From: an uncultured Bacilli bacterium
GTDB taxonomy: Bacteria; Bacillota_I; Bacilli_A; RF39; UBA660
NCBI GenBank assembly: GCA_947581765.1
Contig: CANPVU010000003.1
Location: forward strand, 1-62,861
DNA length: 62,861 bases
Direction: 5' to 3'
In this document: positions 10,245 to 19,940 of the stretch, in pieces
How the letters are laid out: each line of letters opens with the position of its first letter
Position numbering within the stretch: the stretch's first letter is position 1
Program-made: the position numbers and the translations under genes
The notes under the pieces: model-generated
Told to the model about the DNA's origin: nothing
What the model saw: only the letters and a program-made list of their open reading frames with translations
The model's database searches: none

Positions 10245-10267
10245 TCTTTAAGTTTTTACTCTTTTTT
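10233..10267 (+). terminator. Rho-independent terminator after rsmD
   Basis: Stem agagtaaaa (10233-10241) pairs with ttttactct (10254-10262), followed by TTTTT. Confidence 0.55.
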
Positions 10268-10290
10268 GATATAATAAGGTAGTAAGGATA

Positions 10291-12411
10291 GTGATAGTCG
10301 TGAAGAAAAAAATAATATTTTTATTTTGTTTTACTTTAATATTGTTTGTTTCATTGATGAATCACGTGTATGCTGATTACGATGCCAAAGTTATAAATGC
10401 ATCACCTTGTAAGCTATATAGTGCTCAAAATAAAGGTAAAACAGCAACTGGTAGTTGTATGTATGCAGATACTAAATTTAATTCATTAACACCAGTTACT
10501 TTTTGGGTTGATTCAGGGGATAATATTAAAGTAATTACATCTAAAGGTAGTGTAAAGCCACCAACAAGTGGATATGGTAGTGAATGTAAATCTTCATTTT
10601 CATACATAAGTATTCAGTATAAGGGTACTCATTATGGATATGTTTGTAATGATAATATATGGGATGGTAAAGTACCAAATGATTATGCAGAAGAATTTAG
10701 GAAGGCAGGATTTCCTGAATCATACTATGAATCACTTACTGTTATGAAAAAATCTCATCCTACATGGAAATTTGTTGCTATGAATACTGAGTTAAACTTT
10801 GATGATGCTGTTAATTCAGAAAATTATAGTGGAAAAAGTTTAATACAAGTAACATCTACTGTAAATGATTATGGATATTTGTCTGTAGATGAAGCAGATT
10901 TTAAATGGCAAACTGATAAATTTATACCTAAGGATTCTACGACTTGGTATTCAGCAAATAGACCTACAATAGCATATTATATGGATCCTAGAAACTTTTT
11001 ATCTGATATGTATATATTTCAGTATGAACCATTAACATATACTGAGAATTCAACTAACTTAAAAGTAGTTCAAACTATGTTAAATGGTCATTATATATCT
11101 AGATATGCAGATAAATATGTTAAAGCTGGTAAAGAAGCAAATGTAAGTGCTGTATATTTAGCATCTTTATCAAAACAAGAAATAGGGGGTCCTAATGCAA
11201 ATTTAACTATTACAGGAAACTCATTTAATTATAATGGAAAAACGTATAAAGGATTTTATAATTTTTATAATATAGGTGCAACTAGTGGTTCTAATCCTGC
11301 TTTAAATGGTTTATACTATGCAGCAGGAAAACCAAATTCTAGTGGTAATGCTACAGAAACATCGTATAATAGACCATGGAATAGTATTGATAAAGCTATT
11401 AATGGAGGAGCTAAATTTATATATGAATCATATGTTGAACCAGGACAAATAACAAGTTATTTAAAAAAATGGAGTGTTGGATATTATTATGCATTAAAAC
11501 AAGGTATTAAAAAACCTACTGCTTTATATACTCATCAGTATATGACTAATATACAAGCTCCATCACAAGAGGCATTAAGTACATATAAGTCATATAATTC
11601 ATTGGATTTACTTGATTCTGCATTTACATTTTATATACCTGTATATAATAATATGCCAGCATCTACTAGTCTTCCTAGTAAAGGTAATCCAAATAATTAT
11701 TTAAAAAATTTAACTATATCTAAAAACTCTGGTTCAGCTTTAAACTTTAGTGGCTTTACTGGAGATAAGATATCTTATGAAATGCATGTTGACTCAACAA
11801 TTAGTAAAGTTACATTAAATGCAACACCAGTAAATAGTAATGCTAAAGTAACTGGTACAGGAGCTAAAACACTAGTTAATGGTAGCAATATCTGGACTAT
11901 AAAGGTAACGGCTCAAAATGGTTCGGTTAAAACATATACTATAAATATAGTTAAAGATTCAGGTGTAACTACTAATAAATCTGTATCAGAAATAGTAGAT
12001 TCATCGGGATTAAATATAGATGGAAATTATTTAACTGGACTTACATTCTCAACTGATGTATCAAGTATAGTAAATAAGGTAAATAAGGTAGCACCTAATG
12101 CATCAGTAGTAGTAAAAAGTGATAATAAACAAGTAACAAAAGGAAATGTATCAACAGGAGATGTAGTAACAATAAATTCTAATAATGAATCTAGATCATA
12201 TACTGTAGTTTTATATGGTGATATAAATGGAGATGGAAAAGTAAATGCCCTAGATTTACTTAAGGTACAAAAAAATATATTGAAAGCAAGTAAATTAAAT
12301 GGTGCTAGCTTAAAAGCAGCAGATCCTAGTAAAGATGGAAAAGTAAATGCCCTAGATTTACTAAAAGTGCAGAAACATATATTAGGAGTATCATTTATTG
12401 ATCAAGGATAG
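10291..12411 (+). CDS. Secreted GH73-like N-acetylglucosaminidase with cadherin-like beta-sandwich module and C-terminal dockerin
   Basis: Signal peptide. GFPESYYESL...HPTWKF and YNFYNIGA...AINGGAKFI match glucosaminidase-domain proteins. A TYTINIVK cadherin-like module follows. Two dockerin segments are present: GDINGDGKVNALDLLKVQKNIL and DPSKDGKVNALDLLKVQKHILG. Confidence 0.7.
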   Translation: MIVVKKKIIFLFCFTLILFVSLMNHVYADYDAKVINASPCKLYSAQNKGKTATGSCMYADTKFNSLTPVTFWVDSGDNIKVITSKGSVKPPTSGYGSECKSSFSYISIQYKGTHYGYVCNDNIWDGKVPNDYAEEFRKAGFPESYYESLTVMKKSHPTWKFVAMNTELNFDDAVNSENYSGKSLIQVTSTVNDYGYLSVDEADFKWQTDKFIPKDSTTWYSANRPTIAYYMDPRNFLSDMYIFQYEPLTYTENSTNLKVVQTMLNGHYISRYADKYVKAGKEANVSAVYLASLSKQEIGGPNANLTITGNSFNYNGKTYKGFYNFYNIGATSGSNPALNGLYYAAGKPNSSGNATETSYNRPWNSIDKAINGGAKFIYESYVEPGQITSYLKKWSVGYYYALKQGIKKPTALYTHQYMTNIQAPSQEALSTYKSYNSLDLLDSAFTFYIPVYNNMPASTSLPSKGNPNNYLKNLTISKNSGSALNFSGFTGDKISYEMHVDSTISKVTLNATPVNSNAKVTGTGAKTLVNGSNIWTIKVTAQNGSVKTYTINIVKDSGVTTNKSVSEIVDSSGLNIDGNYLTGLTFSTDVSSIVNKVNKVAPNASVVVKSDNKQVTKGNVSTGDVVTINSNNESRSYTVVLYGDINGDGKVNALDLLKVQKNILKASKLNGASLKAADPSKDGKVNALDLLKVQKHILGVSFIDQG
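12217..12387 (+). repeat. Duplicated 22-residue dockerin calcium-binding segments (coding repeat)
   Basis: Positions 12217-12282 and 12322-12387 share gatggaaaagtaaatgccctagatttact... and encode DGKVNALDLLKVQK twice. Confidence 0.75.
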
Positions 12412-12419
12412 GAGGACAT

Positions 12420-13787
12420 ATGAAGAAGAAAATTAAATATTTATTGTTTATTGTATTATGTAATTTCTTTGCTGTAAATGTATATGCTTCAAGTGCAAGT
12501 ATCACTGCACATTCATCTTCAAGTAAAGTACAAGTAGGACAAACAGTAAAAGTTACTGTAACAGTATCTAGTTCTGCACCTTTAGGTAGTTGGGAATTTA
12601 ATGTAGGTTATGATAGTAAAGTACTTTCATATGTAAGTTCTAATTTAGAGGGTGGATTAAGTTCTGCTAATTATGTATTAAATTCAAATACAAAAAATAA
12701 GACATATACTTTGACATTTAAAGCTAAAGCAGAAGGAGTAGGAAAAGTAACTATAAATAATGCAGCAGTATGGGGATATGATGAGAATTCAATGTCAACA
12801 AGTGTTTCAAATGCTAGTATAACAGTTGAAACTGCACGTAAGACAAGTTCTAATAATAACAGTAATACAACAACTCCTAAGTCATCAAATAATTACTTAT
12901 CTACTCTTACAGTAGGGGATAAACAATTATCTCCAAAGTTTGATAAAAACACTACTAATTATAGTTTATCTTTAGAAAACAGTGAAAGAAATATAACTGT
13001 ATCAGCAACTGCAGAAGATAAAAAATCAACTGTTACAGGAACAGGAACTAAGACATTACAAGAGGGTAACAATAAGATAGAAATTACAGTTACTGCTGAA
13101 AATGGAAGTAAAAAAACATATACTATAAATGTAAATGTTAAAGAAAAAGACCCAGTAATTGTCAATGTAGATGGACAAGAGTATACTGTAGTACAAAAGC
13201 TCGATGAAGTAGAACCACCAACAACATATACTCCAACTACTACAGTAATTAATAATACAGAGGTACCAGCATTAAAAAGTAGTATAACAGACTATACTTT
13301 AGTAGCGCTTACATCACCAACTGGAAACACTAATTTATATATATATAGTGATGATACATATACGTTATATAAAGAATATAAATTTAGTGGTGTACTTTTA
13401 TATATAAAAGAACCTACTAAAGAGCAAATGATAAAAAAGACAAAGGAAACTACAATAACTGTAGATGGAGAAGAAGTAAAGGCATATAAGTTAAATAAGA
13501 ATACGTATCCTTTAGTATTTGGTTTAAATATTGAAACAGGAGAAGAAAACTGGTATACATATGATGAATCAGAAAAAACATTACAGAAATTTGTTTCTGG
13601 AAATGTAAATAGTGTATCTGATAGTATAGATGTATCAGCAAGTGATTCAATAAAAAATATATCTGTTGATAGTAAGTATAAAACATTATCTTACTTATTA
13701 TGTGGTATTGTATCAGTTTTATTTATATTCTTACTTGCATCTGCAATTAAATTATCAACTGTTAATAATTTTGTAAAGAAGAAATAA
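12420..13787 (+). CDS. Membrane-anchored cohesin-domain protein with cadherin-like module
   Basis: Signal peptide. Cohesin-like segment VGQTVKVTVTVSSSAPLGSWEFNVGYDSKVLSYVSS...TLTFKAKAEGVGKVTI. Cadherin-like LSTLTVGDKQLSPKF...TYTINVNVK. C-terminal TM helix LLCGIVSVLFIFLLASAI. Confidence 0.65.
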   Translation: MKKKIKYLLFIVLCNFFAVNVYASSASITAHSSSSKVQVGQTVKVTVTVSSSAPLGSWEFNVGYDSKVLSYVSSNLEGGLSSANYVLNSNTKNKTYTLTFKAKAEGVGKVTINNAAVWGYDENSMSTSVSNASITVETARKTSSNNNSNTTTPKSSNNYLSTLTVGDKQLSPKFDKNTTNYSLSLENSERNITVSATAEDKKSTVTGTGTKTLQEGNNKIEITVTAENGSKKTYTINVNVKEKDPVIVNVDGQEYTVVQKLDEVEPPTTYTPTTTVINNTEVPALKSSITDYTLVALTSPTGNTNLYIYSDDTYTLYKEYKFSGVLLYIKEPTKEQMIKKTKETTITVDGEEVKAYKLNKNTYPLVFGLNIETGEENWYTYDESEKTLQKFVSGNVNSVSDSIDVSASDSIKNISVDSKYKTLSYLLCGIVSVLFIFLLASAIKLSTVNNFVKKK

Positions 13788-13877
13788 TTATAATATCTCT
13801 TAATAATATTCATATTCTTGAATATCTATAAGAGATATTTTTTTTATAAAAAAAATCAAGATGAACTTGATTATATT

Positions 13878-14534
13878 TTACTTACTTGTTTTACAAGTTA
13901 AATTATTTAATTGTTTATTTTTAAAATCTTTATATGATGTAGTAATTGTATCATCTATTTCCTTTAATTTATTTAAATCAATATTTTTCATATTATATGT
14001 GAAAGTAACTACTACATTATTACTAATTGTTATTTCACTATATATATTGTTAATATCGGTATATTGTTTATCAAATCTATTAATTACATTTTCAGCTTCA
14101 GCTTTATCATTAATATCAAATGTATATATATATACTATTTTCTCTATATCGTTTCCTTTTTTAGTAATTTCTATTTTAGAGTTATTACTTATATCAGTAG
14201 AACCACTACATACAATATTATCTATTTTATTACTATTTTCATAATCACTAGGTTTTGGCATGACACTAATTATGGATGGTATAATTAGTATAAATATTAC
14301 TATGTAATTGCCAATAGCAAATATTATTGATTTTCTTCCCATTGTTATAGTTGAAAGACCTAGTAATATTATACCTACAAATATTAGTATAACTTTTAAT
14401 ATATTATTAAAAGTATCAAATTCATATCCATTCTTTATAAAGTTATATATAAATACAGTTAAATACACAATAGTTAAAATAAACATAGGAATTTTAAATA
14501 CTAATAAAAACTTATTATTTACAGCGCGCTTCAT
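13878..14534 (-). CDS. Membrane protein (three predicted TM helices plus extracytoplasmic domain), unknown function
   Basis: It is the longest ORF in this interval. The hydrophobic N-terminal half is plausible, whereas the overlapping + strand ORFs are low-complexity. Confidence 0.5.
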   Translation of the reverse strand: MKRAVNNKFLLVFKIPMFILTIVYLTVFIYNFIKNGYEFDTFNNILKVILIFVGIILLGLSTITMGRKSIIFAIGNYIVIFILIIPSIISVMPKPSDYENSNKIDNIVCSGSTDISNNSKIEITKKGNDIEKIVYIYTFDINDKAEAENVINRFDKQYTDINNIYSEITISNNVVVTFTYNMKNIDLNKLKEIDDTITTSYKDFKNKQLNNLTCKTSK

Positions 14535-14633
14535 ATTATCACCACCTCTATTATACTATATTTTGAATTATAAATAAATAAATCTTAGTAGTAAACATGT
14601 AAAAAATATGCTATTATATATATGGTGATTTGT

Positions 14634-15704
14634 ATGGAAAAGGAAATACTATCTAAAGTAATAGAACTTATTACTATTCCTTTTTTAGTAGTTGTTATAA
14701 TTACACCTTTGATAAAAAAAGTTGCGTATCATGTAAATGCGTTAGACATTCCAAATGAGCGTAAAGTTCATAAAGTACCAATTCCTAGATTAGGTGGATT
14801 AGGAATATTTATGGGGTTTTTAGTGGGATATATGATTTTTGGTGAACATACTGCACTTATGAATTCTATTTTAATAGGTAGTTTTATACTTATTATTACT
14901 GGAATGATTGATGATATAAATCCTCTAAAACCATTACCTAAATTTTTGGGTCAGTTTATATCGGCACTAGTTGTTTGCTTTTATGGTGGAATGTTAATTA
15001 AAGATATAGATGCATTTGGCATATATATAAATTTTGGATTTTTCGCTTATCCACTTACTATATTCTTTATATTAGGTTGTATTAATTGTATGAATTTTGT
15101 AGATGGATTAGATGGATTAGCTAGTGGAATATCATCAATTTTCTTTTTAACAATTGGTATAGTTGCTGCATGTAAGTGTCAACTTGATTTAGCTTTTATA
15201 CTTACATTTATAATGCTTGGATGTTGTTTAGGCTTTTTACTATATAATTTTCATCCGGCTAGTATATTTATGGGAGATAGTGGATCTATGTTTTTAGGAT
15301 TTATTATGTCTATTATAACTATGCTAGGATATAAGAATGTAATGACTTCATCTATGATTATTCCACTTTTATTACTTAGTGTTCCAATACTAGATACAAT
15401 ATTTGCTATATTAAGAAGAAAATTAAAGGGAGAAAGCATATCTAAACCAGATAAGTCACATATTCATCATCAATTTTTAAGAAGAGGTTTTTCCCAAATA
15501 GGTACAGTAATTACTATATATATTATTACAGGTTTGTTTGCAACTGCATCACTAATATATGTATTAGTTAATAATATTCTTGGATATATTATATATGGTA
15601 TATTATTAATTGGATTTATTGTATTTGCTTTAAAAACAGATATATTATTTAGTAAAGATAAGGATAAGGATAAAGATAAAAAAAAGAAAAAGATAGCTAA
15701 TTAA
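14634..15704 (+). CDS. tagO: Undecaprenyl-phosphate GlcNAc-1-phosphate transferase (MraY/WecA/TagO family, GT4)
   Basis: Motifs NERKVHKVPIPRLGG, IDDINPL, NFVDGLDGLA and FMGDSGSMFLGF. The start is moved to 14634 because the extended -10 at 14609-14617 places the transcription start after the track ATG at 14622. Confidence 0.85.
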   Translation: MEKEILSKVIELITIPFLVVVIITPLIKKVAYHVNALDIPNERKVHKVPIPRLGGLGIFMGFLVGYMIFGEHTALMNSILIGSFILIITGMIDDINPLKPLPKFLGQFISALVVCFYGGMLIKDIDAFGIYINFGFFAYPLTIFFILGCINCMNFVDGLDGLASGISSIFFLTIGIVAACKCQLDLAFILTFIMLGCCLGFLLYNFHPASIFMGDSGSMFLGFIMSIITMLGYKNVMTSSMIIPLLLLSVPILDTIFAILRRKLKGESISKPDKSHIHHQFLRRGFSQIGTVITIYIITGLFATASLIYVLVNNILGYIIYGILLIGFIVFALKTDILFSKDKDKDKDKKKKKIAN

Positions 15705-15732
15705 AATATAATAAAGAAGTAAGAGGTGTTTT

Positions 15733-18402
15733 ATGAAAGAAAAAATATTTTCGGTTATTATTCCTGTATACAATGTTGAAGAGTATTTAGAACAAACTGT
15801 AGAAAGTATTATTAATCAAACTGTTGGTTTTGAGAATATAGAGTTAATTTTAATAAATGATGGTTCTACTGATAATAGTGAAAAGATTTGCTTAGAGTAT
15901 AAGGATAAATATCCAGATAATGTTGTATATATTAAACAGGAAAATAAAGGAGTATCAGCAGCTAGAAATAATGCTTTAAAATATGTTAGTGGTAAATATG
16001 TAAATTTTTTAGATAGTGATGATATTTGGGATAATGATGCATTTGAAAAAGGATTAAAATTATTTGAACAAAATACTCAAATATGTGCAGTTATTTATCC
16101 ATTAAAATTTTTTGAAGCTTCAAATAAATATCATCCACTTCATTTTATGTTTAAAAATAAGAAAAATACCACTGTTAATATATTAGAAGATTATCAATAT
16201 ATTAAACTTTCATCATGTTCTACTATTTTTAAATCAGAAGTATTAAAGGGTAGAGAATTTAATACTAAATTAAAAATATCAGAAGATTGTAGACTCGTTA
16301 CCGAAATATTTTTAGATAATCCAAATATTGGAGTTGTATGTGATAGTAATTACAATTATAGAAAAAGACTTTCAAATTCTTCAACTATTCAAACATCATC
16401 TAGTAAAAGAACATGGTATATAGATACACCTGTACTTTGTCATAAATATATAGCAGATTTATCAAAAGAAAAATATGGAAAAGTAATAGATTATGTACAA
16501 TTTTTACTTGCATATGACCTTCATTGGAGAATGAATGAAAAAATAATAGATGATTTAACAGAAAAAGAGAAAAAAGATTATTTAGATATTATGCACTCTT
16601 TAGTAAGGGAAATAGATGATAAAATAATTATTGACTTTCCTGGTATGAATTTAATGCAAAAAATGTATATGTTAGCATTTAAATATGAAAATAAAAACAT
16701 ATTTGAAATAAAAGATGATTATTTTTATTGTAATGACAATGAATTTTATATGATTAATAATCTTTATTTAACTGTAGATAATATTGTATTAAATAATGAT
16801 TTTATAGATATATATGGTAGACAAATAGTTATTAATAATATACTTGATAAAGTATATGTAAAAACAGATTATGCAAATGTTAATTTTGAATATTATGAAT
16901 TGGATAAAAAACATGCAGATAAAGAAACTATTGATAATAAATATCGATATAGTATAAAAGGTATACATGCTAAAATAGATTTAAGTAAAACTAAAACATT
17001 TAATTTTATGTCTAAGACTAGCGATAAAGAATTTTTAATTAAAGCAATCTTCTCTTATAATTCAATATTAAATGATCATTTTTTCTCACTATATTTAAGA
17101 ACTGATAATTATTATTTAAAATATATAAAATCAAAACAAAGTTTTTATGTATATAAAAAAGGATTTAAAAATAGGGCATTATTAGAGTTAAAATGTGATT
17201 TTAATTTAATAAAGCGCTTTAAAATAAATAGTTTAATATATAGAATATGCGGTTATATATCTAAACTTATTCATAGAAAACCTATATGGTTAATTTCAGA
17301 TAGAATTCAAATTGCAAGGGATAATGGACAAGCTTTTTTTGAGTATTTAATAAATCAAAAAGATTTACCTGTAAAACCATATTTCATATTATCTAAGAAT
17401 GCTAATGATTATAAAGCATTAAAAGCAAAGTATAAAAGAAAATTATTATGTCATAATAGCTTTAGACATAAAATGTTACATTTAGCAGCATCAAAAATAA
17501 TATCTGCTCAAGCAGATAATTATGTTACAAATTTATTTGGAAATGGAAAGTATTATCTTGGTGATTTATATAATTTTGAATTTGTTTTTTTACAACATGG
17601 TATAACTAAGGATGATTTATCACCTTGGCTTAATATTAATAATAGAACTATAGATATGTTTGTTACAGCATCTTCATATGAATATAACTCATTTACATCA
17701 GGTGAATATAAATATAATTTTCCAAAAGAATGGATAAAATTAACTGGCTTTGCTAGATTTGATAAATTAATAGATGATAATGTAAAGAAAGAAAAAACAA
17801 TACTAATTATGCCTACTTGGCGAAATAATCTAGTTAGTTTACTAGATAAAAAAACTGGTGAAAGATTGTATGATTTAGCATTCAAAGAAACAGATTATTT
17901 TAAATATTATAATGAGTTAATAAATAATGAAAGATTATTAAAATATATTAGTAAAAAAGGGTATAAGATAAGATTTATACCACATGTTAATATGATGCAA
18001 CAAATTAGGGATTTTAAAACAAATGAATATGTTGAAATTGTTAGTACTTCAGTTAATTATACAGAAGAATTTCAAAAAAATAGTTTATTAATAACTGATT
18101 ATTCAAGTGTATTTTTTGATTTTTGTTATTTAAATAAACCAGTTATTTATTCACAATTTGATTCTGATACATTTTTTACAGGACAAGTTTATGATAAAGG
18201 ATATTTTTCATATGAAAAACATGGATTTGGTCCTATATGTAAAACGATTAATGAGACTGTAGATAATATTATTGAAATTATAGATAACGATTGCAAGTTG
18301 AATAAAAAATATAAAAATAAAATAGATAAATTTTACAAATATCATGATAAAAATAATTGTAAAAGAATATATGATGAAATAATAAATCTAGATAAAAAAT
18401 AG
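15733..18402 (+). CDS. Bifunctional GT2 glycosyltransferase / CDP-glycerol glycerophosphotransferase (TagF-like)
   Basis: N-terminal FSVIIPVYNVEEYL, INDGSTDNS, NKGVSAARN and LDSDD match GT2. C-terminal LQHGITKDD, PTWR and ITDYSSVFFDF match the TagB/TagF family. Confidence 0.85.
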   Translation: MKEKIFSVIIPVYNVEEYLEQTVESIINQTVGFENIELILINDGSTDNSEKICLEYKDKYPDNVVYIKQENKGVSAARNNALKYVSGKYVNFLDSDDIWDNDAFEKGLKLFEQNTQICAVIYPLKFFEASNKYHPLHFMFKNKKNTTVNILEDYQYIKLSSCSTIFKSEVLKGREFNTKLKISEDCRLVTEIFLDNPNIGVVCDSNYNYRKRLSNSSTIQTSSSKRTWYIDTPVLCHKYIADLSKEKYGKVIDYVQFLLAYDLHWRMNEKIIDDLTEKEKKDYLDIMHSLVREIDDKIIIDFPGMNLMQKMYMLAFKYENKNIFEIKDDYFYCNDNEFYMINNLYLTVDNIVLNNDFIDIYGRQIVINNILDKVYVKTDYANVNFEYYELDKKHADKETIDNKYRYSIKGIHAKIDLSKTKTFNFMSKTSDKEFLIKAIFSYNSILNDHFFSLYLRTDNYYLKYIKSKQSFYVYKKGFKNRALLELKCDFNLIKRFKINSLIYRICGYISKLIHRKPIWLISDRIQIARDNGQAFFEYLINQKDLPVKPYFILSKNANDYKALKAKYKRKLLCHNSFRHKMLHLAASKIISAQADNYVTNLFGNGKYYLGDLYNFEFVFLQHGITKDDLSPWLNINNRTIDMFVTASSYEYNSFTSGEYKYNFPKEWIKLTGFARFDKLIDDNVKKEKTILIMPTWRNNLVSLLDKKTGERLYDLAFKETDYFKYYNELINNERLLKYISKKGYKIRFIPHVNMMQQIRDFKTNEYVEIVSTSVNYTEEFQKNSLLITDYSSVFFDFCYLNKPVIYSQFDSDTFFTGQVYDKGYFSYEKHGFGPICKTINETVDNIIEIIDNDCKLNKKYKNKIDKFYKYHDKNNCKRIYDEIINLDKK

Positions 18403-18476
18403 TTAGTTATTGTAAAAGATTATTCGGTTTGATATACTTAAGATAAAGTTTACAGTATAGAAAAGAGTGTGTTATT

Positions 18477-19472
18477 GTGAAAAAAAATATTATTGATATT
18501 GAAACTGCCAAAGATTTATTAAAAATAAAAAAAACTATTCTTTATTTAGTTATTCCTTGCTACAATGAAGAAGATGTTCTACCTATAACTACTAAGGCTT
18601 TAGATGAGAAGATGAATGATTTAATAAAAAATAAGAAAATATCTTCTAAAAGTAAAGTTTTATATGTAGATGATGGTTCTAAAGATAATACATGGAATTT
18701 GATAGAAAAGATACATAGTGAAAACGAGTTGTTTTGTGGTGTAAAGTTATCAAGAAATAAAGGACATCAAAATGCACTATTAGCTGGTTTAATGAGTGCT
18801 AAAGGACATAGTGATATAACTATAAGTATGGATGCTGATTTACAAGACGATATTGGTGTTATTGATAAAATGTTAGAAGAATATGAAAACGGCTCTAAGA
18901 TTGTATATGGGGTTAGAAGTTCAAGAAAAAAAGATACATTTTTTAAAAAATTTACTGCAGAAGGCTTTTATAAATTTATGCATTTAATGGGAGTAGAAAT
19001 AGTGTTTAATCATGCTGATTGTAGACTTATGAGTAAAGAAGCTCTTGATGCTTTAGAGAAGTTTAATGAAGTTAATTTATTCTTAAGAGGTATTGTTCCT
19101 CAAATAGGTTATAAAACTTCTATAGTTTATTATGAAAGAAATGAACGTGCTGCTGGAAAATCAAAATATCCATTAAAGAAAATGTTAAAATTTGCTATAG
19201 AAGGAATAACATCATTTAGTGTTGTACCACTTAAAATGATTACATCTATAGGATTTATTATGTTTTTAATTAGTTTTTTAGTAATTATATATTCAATAAT
19301 TGTAAAAATTTTAGGACAAACTGTATCAGGGTGGACATTTATTGTTTCATCAATTTGGTTAGTATCAAGTATTCAGATGTTGTCCTTAGGAATAATTGGT
19401 GAGTATATTGGAAAAATATATCAAGAAACAAAAAGAAGACCAAAATATATAATTGAGAAGGAATTAATGTAA
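18477..19472 (+). CDS. Polyisoprenyl-phosphate glycosyltransferase (GT2, CsbB/GtrB-like)
   Basis: VIPCYNEE, VDDGSKDNT, RNKGHQNAL and DADLQD motifs plus two C-terminal TM helices. Confidence 0.85.
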   Translation: MKKNIIDIETAKDLLKIKKTILYLVIPCYNEEDVLPITTKALDEKMNDLIKNKKISSKSKVLYVDDGSKDNTWNLIEKIHSENELFCGVKLSRNKGHQNALLAGLMSAKGHSDITISMDADLQDDIGVIDKMLEEYENGSKIVYGVRSSRKKDTFFKKFTAEGFYKFMHLMGVEIVFNHADCRLMSKEALDALEKFNEVNLFLRGIVPQIGYKTSIVYYERNERAAGKSKYPLKKMLKFAIEGITSFSVVPLKMITSIGFIMFLISFLVIIYSIIVKILGQTVSGWTFIVSSIWLVSSIQMLSLGIIGEYIGKIYQETKRRPKYIIEKELM

Positions 19473-19891
19473 TGAGATTTTTTGAAATATATAAAAAATA
19501 TAAAGAAGGTATCAATTATTTAATATTTGGAGGATTAACTACTTTATTATCTTTAGCAACATATTACATTTTAACATTAACATTCTTAAATCCTAAACAT
19601 GCTATTGAACTTCAAATAGCAAACATACTATCTTGGATTGTTGGTTTTCTTTTTGCATATTTTACAAATAGAAAATATGTATTTGAAAGTAAAAATACTA
19701 AATCAAAAGAAGAATTTTTTAAATTTTTTTTATCTAGAATATTTACATTAATATTAGATATGTTAATAATGTTTATATTTGTTACATTACTTCATTTAAA
19801 TAATAAATTAATGAAAATTATATCTCAAGTTATGGTTATTGTATTCAACTATATACTTAGTAAATTTGTTGTATTTAAAAATAATAATTAG
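19472..19891 (+). CDS. GtrA-family membrane protein
   Basis: Four TM helices with NYLIFGGLTTL...FAYFTNRKYVF...NYILSKFVVF, typical of GtrA. TAATG overlap with the csbB-like gene. Confidence 0.85.
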   Translation: MRFFEIYKKYKEGINYLIFGGLTTLLSLATYYILTLTFLNPKHAIELQIANILSWIVGFLFAYFTNRKYVFESKNTKSKEEFFKFFLSRIFTLILDMLIMFIFVTLLHLNNKLMKIISQVMVIVFNYILSKFVVFKNNN

Positions 19892-19940
19892 ATAATTAAT
19901 ATAAAATATAAGAATAAATTTATGATTGGGGCGATTAATA

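Noticed and set aside
13861-14577. Three plus-strand ORFs (13861-14244, 14064-14288, 14308-14577) overlap the minus-strand 218-aa gene.
   Set aside because: Their translations are low-complexity Ile/Leu/Phe/Ser strings typical of antisense frames in AT-rich DNA, and they have no RBS. The minus-strand ORF is longer and has a sensible TM-plus-soluble-domain layout.
15657-15695. A (KD)4-K5 tail at the C-terminus of TagO and its aaggataaggataaagat nucleotide repeat.
   Set aside because: It is a short low-complexity charged tail of a membrane protein. It is probably a cytoplasmic linker or compositional drift, and there is no evidence of function or slippage polymorphism from a single sequence.
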